Origin: a virus | Virus record (IMG/VR): IMGVR_UViG_3300007169_000025 | Coordinates: 1 to 64,000 of that record | DNA length: 64,000 nucleotides | Direction: 5' to 3' (one strand) | The notes under the pieces: model-generated | Databases searched by the model: none | Told to the model about the DNA's origin: nothing | What the model saw: only the letters and a program-made list of their open reading frames with translations | Position numbers and translations under genes: made by a program | Shown here: positions 58,149 through 64,000 of the stretch, piece by piece | Layout of the letters: each line of letters opens with the position of its first letter | How positions within the stretch are numbered: position 1 is the stretch's first letter

Positions 58149-60035
58149 ATGAATGTTGCATTTGTGCAACCAAACTTCCAAACTGGCCCACGGCATCTAA
58201 ATGCATTTTATTTGCCCTACACCGTGGGTATCCTTTGGTCATATGCTAGTCAGTATTCTCACATTAGCGAAAACTTTTCTGTAAAACATTGGATATTTAG
58301 AAGAGATCCAGTTGATCAGGTTGTTGCTCAATTATCAGAGTGCGAGATTGTATTTTTTAGTCTGTATGTTTGGAACAGAGAATATTGTTTCAAAATAGCT
58401 AAAAAACTAAAAGAACTAAATCCTAAAGTTTATACTGTATTTGGCGGCCCTGATTTGCCTCATCGTAATAAGAATCTCTTTGACGAATTTCCTTTTATTG
58501 ACGTTGCTGTTATTGGCGAAGGCGAACACATGGTCTATGAAATATTAGATCAATATTTGCAAGGTAAAAAGCCTGTTAGACACAGAGCCCATGCACCAAG
58601 AATTCGTGACCTAGAAATACCAAGCCCATACTTGACTGGTATATTTGATGAACTAATCGCTGCTCATCCAGACATCGAGTGGATGCCTACACTAGAGACT
58701 GACCGCGGTTGCCCGTATAAGTGTACGTTCTGCGATTGGGGCAGTCTAACATCTAGTAAAGTAGTTAAATTTGGATTAGAACGTGTATTTGCTGAATTGG
58801 AGTGGTTTAGCAAAATGAAAATGCCATTTCTTACAATGACTAATGCTAACTTTGGTATTTTTAAAGAGCGCGATATTCTAATAACTGATAAGATAGTTGA
58901 ACTTTCTAGAGAAACAGGATACCCTAGCGGTCTCGGCGTAAGCTATGCTAAGAACAGTAATAAAGATGTCTTTGACATCGTTAGAAAGTTTCAAGAAGTT
59001 AACATACAAACTGGATTTATTTTAAGTCTACAAACTACTACTGATGAAGTCCTAGAAAATGTTAAGCGTACTAACATGAATATCAATGATGTTTCGGAAA
59101 TAGCAAATTATGGCAGATCTTTGCAATTGCCAATCTTTACTGAAATCATTATGGGACTACCTGGCGAAACTTTAGAAAGCTGGAAACAGAATATTGAAAA
59201 TATATTAGATGCTGGACTGCACAACGGCATTGATGCGTTTCTACTAAACATGATAGAAAACGCACCTATGGTAGATGATATTGAAAAGTATGATTTAAAA
59301 ACGTTTGCTGCATACGATATGTTTTACGAAACATCAGATAGTTTAGAAGAATCTGATAGAGTTAATGAAACGATACAAGTTATCAAAAGTACTAGTACAT
59401 TAACTGTAGAGGATTTGCTGGAAACAATCATCTACACATGGTTCGTTATTGGTTTTCATATACATGGTATATCTGATATTATTGCAATCTATTTAAGACG
59501 AGCAAAAAATGTATCCTATAAAGAATTTTATGATAAGTTAATTGATCAAGTACGAAAAGATCAAAACATAATTGAATGGGAAAATAAAATTCGGCATGCA
59601 TATTTAGATTGGCATAATACTGGTATCTTTAAGTTAGACTTAATTGGTTTAAAGTTATCTAGTTGGCAAGTACCAAATTCTATGAGTTTAATCATGCATC
59701 AAACTGATACAGTTGATCACTATATTGATACAGTGAAAGAATTTGTAATCGAGAATTATGATATTGACCCGGACATTATTAGCGATTATGAGGTATTATC
59801 AAAAAACAGAATTAAGCAGTGGGGTCGTTATAATATAACACCTAAGCAGATTTGTACAAAAACAACACTATTTGACTACACTCAAAACCTGTGTTATAAT
59901 GTTACAAATGAACAACAACAGTATTTGATTGCAGATAGGTATAACCAATTCCCTACAGAGCTGTCGCAACATATTGATTATGTTATATACGGCCGCCGAA
60001 AAATGTGGGTTTTAAATGTGGTTGACAAACTCTAA
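58149..60035 (+). CDS. B12-binding-domain radical SAM enzyme
   Basis: SLYVWN, GGP, GEGE and RGCPYKCTFCDW motifs. Confidence 0.88.
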   Translation: MNVAFVQPNFQTGPRHLNAFYLPYTVGILWSYASQYSHISENFSVKHWIFRRDPVDQVVAQLSECEIVFFSLYVWNREYCFKIAKKLKELNPKVYTVFGGPDLPHRNKNLFDEFPFIDVAVIGEGEHMVYEILDQYLQGKKPVRHRAHAPRIRDLEIPSPYLTGIFDELIAAHPDIEWMPTLETDRGCPYKCTFCDWGSLTSSKVVKFGLERVFAELEWFSKMKMPFLTMTNANFGIFKERDILITDKIVELSRETGYPSGLGVSYAKNSNKDVFDIVRKFQEVNIQTGFILSLQTTTDEVLENVKRTNMNINDVSEIANYGRSLQLPIFTEIIMGLPGETLESWKQNIENILDAGLHNGIDAFLLNMIENAPMVDDIEKYDLKTFAAYDMFYETSDSLEESDRVNETIQVIKSTSTLTVEDLLETIIYTWFVIGFHIHGISDIIAIYLRRAKNVSYKEFYDKLIDQVRKDQNIIEWENKIRHAYLDWHNTGIFKLDLIGLKLSSWQVPNSMSLIMHQTDTVDHYIDTVKEFVIENYDIDPDIISDYEVLSKNRIKQWGRYNITPKQICTKTTLFDYTQNLCYNVTNEQQQYLIADRYNQFPTELSQHIDYVIYGRRKMWVLNVVDKL

Positions 60036-60049
60036 ATTCCTGCTATACT
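60022..60049 (+). promoter_or_regulatory. Sigma70-type promoter
   Basis: TTGACA-N16-TATACT, with a TGn extended -10. Confidence 0.7.
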
Positions 60050-60079
60050 GTATTTGTATTTGAAATTCAGGAGTAACTT

Positions 60080-61240
60080 GTGGCTAGAGCTAAAGCACCT
60101 AGAAAGTTATCTGTTAACGGGTTTTCGGAACCCGAATGGCGTTTGGTCCAGCTGGACATGAAGCCCATTAGGATTAACGGAATCGAAAAAGATTATAATC
60201 GTTTGCTGTGGGAGGCTGACTCCTATGTGCATTCAGAGGTAGATGATAAAAAGAAGGCAGCATCTTTTATCAAATATTGTGAAAAGAATTTTGATAAAAA
60301 AAGTGCAGCCGCACTGAAGCGCCTACCTGAGTATAACTTTATTACAGTTGGTAAGATGGCTTACTTGCTGGAAAAAGGTGTAGCACTACCTGAACAGCGT
60401 ATTGCTAAACTTAAAGAGTGCTATGAAGGCTTTCTAGTACAGGCTGCTAATTTAGAAAAGAAGAAAGCAGATGTTGAGGCTGTTAAGCCCAAGGCAGTTA
60501 TTACTGTTAGTATTCAGCAGCGTATGAGGGAACAGGTTAGCGATCTATGCGCTCACTGGGATTATTTGTTAGACGAACTTTGTCGTAAGCGTCTCGATAT
60601 TTCTACATTTGATCCTTATAGCCAGATGCAAAGTTATAAGGATAATATGATTAAGGCAGCACATGCTAAGATCATTAAGGAAATGTACGAAGCACAACAT
60701 TCTGAGGCAAGAGAAGTTGTAGCATGGAAAGACGAGCAGATCAAGGAAGGCTATGCCTATATGACTCCTAAGATGCGTAAGGAGTTCCTTGAATTTTACG
60801 AAAAGATTGCTATTGCCTGCGACACCTTTATCAATACAGGTAAGGCTGTACGCAAGACTAGAAAGAAAAAGCCTGTTAGCAAGGAAAAGGCAATTGGCAA
60901 GCTCAAATATAAGCAGAGTGAGCCAAGTTTGGGATTAGCTAGTATCAATCCAATGAACATTCTAGATGCTCAGGTACTTTGGGTATATAACACAAAGAAC
61001 CGTAAATTGGGTGTATATGTTGCTGAAGAACATCATAACCTTCAAGTTAAGGGTACAACAATCTTAGGCTTTAACGCAAAGCAGAGTGTACAAAAAACGC
61101 TACGCAAACCCGAATTGCTTAAGGGCGCCGATAAGCTGGCTCGAACTAAGTTTCAAAAGCTCTTTGAGGGGCTGAATGCGGTTGAAACCGAGATGAATGG
61201 GCGAATTAACGAGCATACCCTGCTAATTAAGGTGTTCTAA
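60080..61240 (+). CDS. Hypothetical phage protein, basic C-terminus
   Basis: GTG start with SD AGGAG; LWVYNTKNRKLG, VKGTTI and QKTLRKP motifs. Confidence 0.7.
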   Translation: MARAKAPRKLSVNGFSEPEWRLVQLDMKPIRINGIEKDYNRLLWEADSYVHSEVDDKKKAASFIKYCEKNFDKKSAAALKRLPEYNFITVGKMAYLLEKGVALPEQRIAKLKECYEGFLVQAANLEKKKADVEAVKPKAVITVSIQQRMREQVSDLCAHWDYLLDELCRKRLDISTFDPYSQMQSYKDNMIKAAHAKIIKEMYEAQHSEAREVVAWKDEQIKEGYAYMTPKMRKEFLEFYEKIAIACDTFINTGKAVRKTRKKKPVSKEKAIGKLKYKQSEPSLGLASINPMNILDAQVLWVYNTKNRKLGVYVAEEHHNLQVKGTTILGFNAKQSVQKTLRKPELLKGADKLARTKFQKLFEGLNAVETEMNGRINEHTLLIKVF

Positions 61241-61254
61241 AGATAAATAGTAGT

Positions 61255-62013
61255 ATGGCAAATACTATCGGATACAGTAGCAGGGAAGACCTAATTAAGA
61301 GCTTGAAAAATCGCTTAGGCGATGGTATGGTTGATGTTGAGCTTGATCGCGAACATTACGATACTGCTATCGATATAGCTCTAGGCAAGTATAGACAACT
61401 AAGCAGCGGCTCAGTTGAAGAAAGCGTTATCTTTATTCAAACTCAGGGCGGCATAACAGAATATACTCTTCCCGATGAAGTTATTGAAGTGCGTCGACTG
61501 TATCGTAGAGGTATCGGTACAAACAGTGGCGGCGGCACAAACTTTGATCCTTTTGACGTAGCATTTAACAACATGTATATGCTACAAGCAGGTCAGATTG
61601 GTGGACTTGCTGTGTTTGATGCGTTTGCTCAGTACAAAGAAACAATTGGTCGTGTGTTTGGTAGCGAGTATAACTTCCTTTGGAATCGTAACACAAAGGT
61701 TCTAAAAATTCTTCGTAATGTTAATCACGAAGAAGAAGTTGCAATCGGTGTTTATAACTTTATTCCTGAAACTATTTTGCTCGGCGACATTTATGCTAGC
61801 CAGTGGTTAGCATCTTACTCTCTAGCACATTGTAAATTAATGTTAGGCGAGGCTCGCAGCAAGTATGCTAGCGGCTTACCGGGCGCCGGCGGTGCTATTC
61901 AGCTCAACGGTGCTGACCTCAAAGCAGAAGGCAAAGCAGAAATTGATGAGTTGTTGGTAGCTCTTCATAATATGGAAGAAGGTAATAGTCCTTTGGGCTT
62001 TATTATAGGTTAA
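61255..62013 (+). CDS. gp13: Neck protein gp13-like
   Basis: RLG..MVDVELD..HY and LGEARSKY..LPG.GG..QLNG motifs; leaderless late promoter at 61242-61249. Confidence 0.8.
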   Translation: MANTIGYSSREDLIKSLKNRLGDGMVDVELDREHYDTAIDIALGKYRQLSSGSVEESVIFIQTQGGITEYTLPDEVIEVRRLYRRGIGTNSGGGTNFDPFDVAFNNMYMLQAGQIGGLAVFDAFAQYKETIGRVFGSEYNFLWNRNTKVLKILRNVNHEEEVAIGVYNFIPETILLGDIYASQWLASYSLAHCKLMLGEARSKYASGLPGAGGAIQLNGADLKAEGKAEIDELLVALHNMEEGNSPLGFIIG

Positions 62014-62015
62014 TA

Positions 62016-62669
62016 ATGATTATTGGATTAGTTGGTTTCATTGGCAGTGGTAAGGATACTGTTGCTAGTAGGTTTATTTCGTACGGCTGTGTTAAAGATA
62101 GTTTTGCAGCACCACTTAAAGATGCGTGTGCAGCTATTTTTGGCTGGCGCCGCGAGCTACTTGAAGGCGATACAGTAGAAAGCAGAGAGTTTCGGGAAAC
62201 ACCAGATATGTTCTGGGCTCGCAAACTAGGTATTGATAATTTTACTCCACGTCTTGCACTTCAACTAGTTGGCACAGACGTTCTTCGTAATCACTTTCAT
62301 CAAGACATTTGGCTATCAAGTTTAGAGTATAGATTTAGGATCAAAAATAACGACCAAAATGTTGTTATCAGCGATGCTAGATTTAGAAATGAACTTGAGC
62401 TTATTAAGAGCTTAAACGGAATCATCGTTTGGGTTCAACGCGGTGAATTGCCACAATGGTTTGATGACGCTGTTAAGGCTAACGAAGGCAATGCTATTGC
62501 TCGCAAAATAATGCAAACTCGTTGGCGCGATGTTCACGAAAGTGAATGGAATTGGGCAGGCTTTCCGGTTGATTATGTAATTAATAATAACGGTAGCATG
62601 GAAGATCTAGACAAACTTGTAAATGATCTTCAACGTAATTTGTTTAAGACTCACCTTAGCGTGATCTGA
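62016..62669 (+). CDS. gp1: Deoxynucleoside monophosphate kinase (gp1-like)
   Basis: IIGLVGFIGSGKDT, SFAAPLKD, TPRLALQLVGT, SDARF.NE and HESE motifs. Confidence 0.9.
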   Translation: MIIGLVGFIGSGKDTVASRFISYGCVKDSFAAPLKDACAAIFGWRRELLEGDTVESREFRETPDMFWARKLGIDNFTPRLALQLVGTDVLRNHFHQDIWLSSLEYRFRIKNNDQNVVISDARFRNELELIKSLNGIIVWVQRGELPQWFDDAVKANEGNAIARKIMQTRWRDVHESEWNWAGFPVDYVINNNGSMEDLDKLVNDLQRNLFKTHLSVI

Positions 62670-62782
62670 GGCTATTTAGCTTTTTTTGTTATTTTTAAAT
62701 CTTGCTTCTCCTAATAATACCGGTTTAGGTGTGTTTTGCATAAATATATGCATCAAAACCAACCTTTTATGGGAGAACAAGA

Positions 62783-64000
62783 ATGGCAAGAACATTAGTA
62801 TCACCAGGCGTAAGTGTAAGCGTAACTGACGAAAGTTTCTACGCTCCAGCTGGTACTGGTACAGTTCCGCTAATAGTCATCGCAACAGCTCAAGACAAGA
62901 GCTCACCTGATGGCAGCGGAACAGCAGCATACACTACAGCCGCAGAAGCAGCTAACGTCAAGTTGATTACAAGTCAGCGTGACCTATTAACAAATTACGG
63001 CAACCCAATTTTCAAATCTTCGGGCGGCACAGCACTACATGGTCATGAATTAAACGAATATGGCCTACTAGCGGCATACAGTTTCCTAGGTATTGCAAAT
63101 CGTGCATATATCCTTCGCGCAGATATTGATCTAGATCAGTTAGCCGCAAGCTCAGTTGCACCATCAGGCGATCCAGCAGACGGCACTTATTGGTTAGACT
63201 CATCTTCAACAATTTGGGGTCTAAAGCGTTGGAGTGGTACTGCATGGGTACGCCAGACAGTTAAAATACCAGCAGTTGCAGATTTAGCAGCAGGTAACGT
63301 TCCTAAAACAGCATATGGTGTTAACGGTGATTATGCTGTAGTTTACTTTACAACAACAGGCGCAACTGCACCAACAATTAAATTCTATCATAAGATTGGC
63401 GGTCAGTGGTATCACATTGGTTCAACTGCATGGGACTCAGCATCAAGCGCCGATTTCCAAGAAGCTAGTTATTTAGATCTTCCAGGAACTCGCAGCGGCG
63501 GCGGCAGTTTGGTTGCCGGCGACCTAATGCTACAAAAAGAACCACAAAATAATGGTACAACATTAAGCGTTAAAGTATATGATTCAGCTTCCGGACAATT
63601 TACTGCTGAAGACGTTGTAATTAGAGACCTTTCATATCAGGCTCTAACCGCTTACAACATGAATCCACCTACAGGTGCTTTATGGGCAGATACCGTAACA
63701 GGTGAAGCAACATTAAGATTGAAGCGTTGGAACGGCGAAGGTACTGTTACCGCTACACCAACTTCAGCAGCCGCTGCTAATGCGGTTGTACTAGCTAACC
63801 ATGCTAACAAGATATCACTAGCATTTACATTTGGTGATGGTACACCAGTTAATGTTACATTTACAAGCGGTAACGTTAATGCTACAGTTGACGATATGGT
63901 TACTGATATCAATAATGCTATTAGCGGTGCTAATGCTACACTTTCAAGAACCAGTACTGCAATTGCAGCTAATGTTAGCGGTTTACTAACAATTACTAAT
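62783..64000 (+). CDS. gp18: Tail sheath protein gp18 (partial, runs off the right edge; not in the ORF track)
   Basis: MARTLVSPGVSVSVTDESFY...ITSQRDLL..YGNP...ELNEYGLLAAYSFLG; CATAAATA late promoter at 62739-62746. Confidence 0.88.
   Translation, partial: MARTLVSPGVSVSVTDESFYAPAGTGTVPLIVIATAQDKSSPDGSGTAAYTTAAEAANVKLITSQRDLLTNYGNPIFKSSGGTALHGHELNEYGLLAAYSFLGIANRAYILRADIDLDQLAASSVAPSGDPADGTYWLDSSSTIWGLKRWSGTAWVRQTVKIPAVADLAAGNVPKTAYGVNGDYAVVYFTTTGATAPTIKFYHKIGGQWYHIGSTAWDSASSADFQEASYLDLPGTRSGGGSLVAGDLMLQKEPQNNGTTLSVKVYDSASGQFTAEDVVIRDLSYQALTAYNMNPPTGALWADTVTGEATLRLKRWNGEGTVTATPTSAAAANAVVLANHANKISLAFTFGDGTPVNVTFTSGNVNATVDDMVTDINNAISGANATLSRTSTAIAANVSGLLTITN

Noticed and set aside
1-64000. Stop-codon reassignment, tRNA genes, integrase/transposase, reverse transcriptase
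   Set aside because: Core genes are full length under the standard code, and no cloverleaf or such enzyme motifs were seen by eye. A tRNAscan/HMM run would be needed to exclude them formally.

Overview
A 64 kb, AT-rich segment of a large T4-like myovirus genome covering most of the virion morphogenesis region. It holds baseplate genes (giant wedge protein, gp6, gp25, gp5, hub-M23, gp53, gp54/48-like), late sigma gp55, gp47/gp46 and a stand-alone GIY-YIG nuclease. It also holds gp26/gp51-like chaperones, tape measure, portal, protease, scaffold, major capsid, fibre genes, neck genes gp13/14/15, dNMP kinase and the start of the tail sheath. There are two accessory modules. One is a late operon of two holin-like paralogs + CsgF/CsgG curli secretion pore + two curlin-repeat proteins + a FecR-domain protein + a CHASE2 adenylate cyclase, a candidate phage-encoded trans-envelope cAMP signalling system. 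The other is an amidinotransferase/PLP/2OG-Fe/epimerase/radical-SAM cluster. Signals outside the ORF track include a start-less gp51-like ORF apparently reached by a -1 frameshift from gp26, and a ~500 nt structured non-coding locus with GGCAC repeats behind the GIY-YIG gene. Also outside the track are seven late genes with an exact TAAATA-N5-ATG leaderless architecture and a 17-bp inverted repeat pair flanking a baseplate block. All family assignments are from motif recognition by eye, not database searches.
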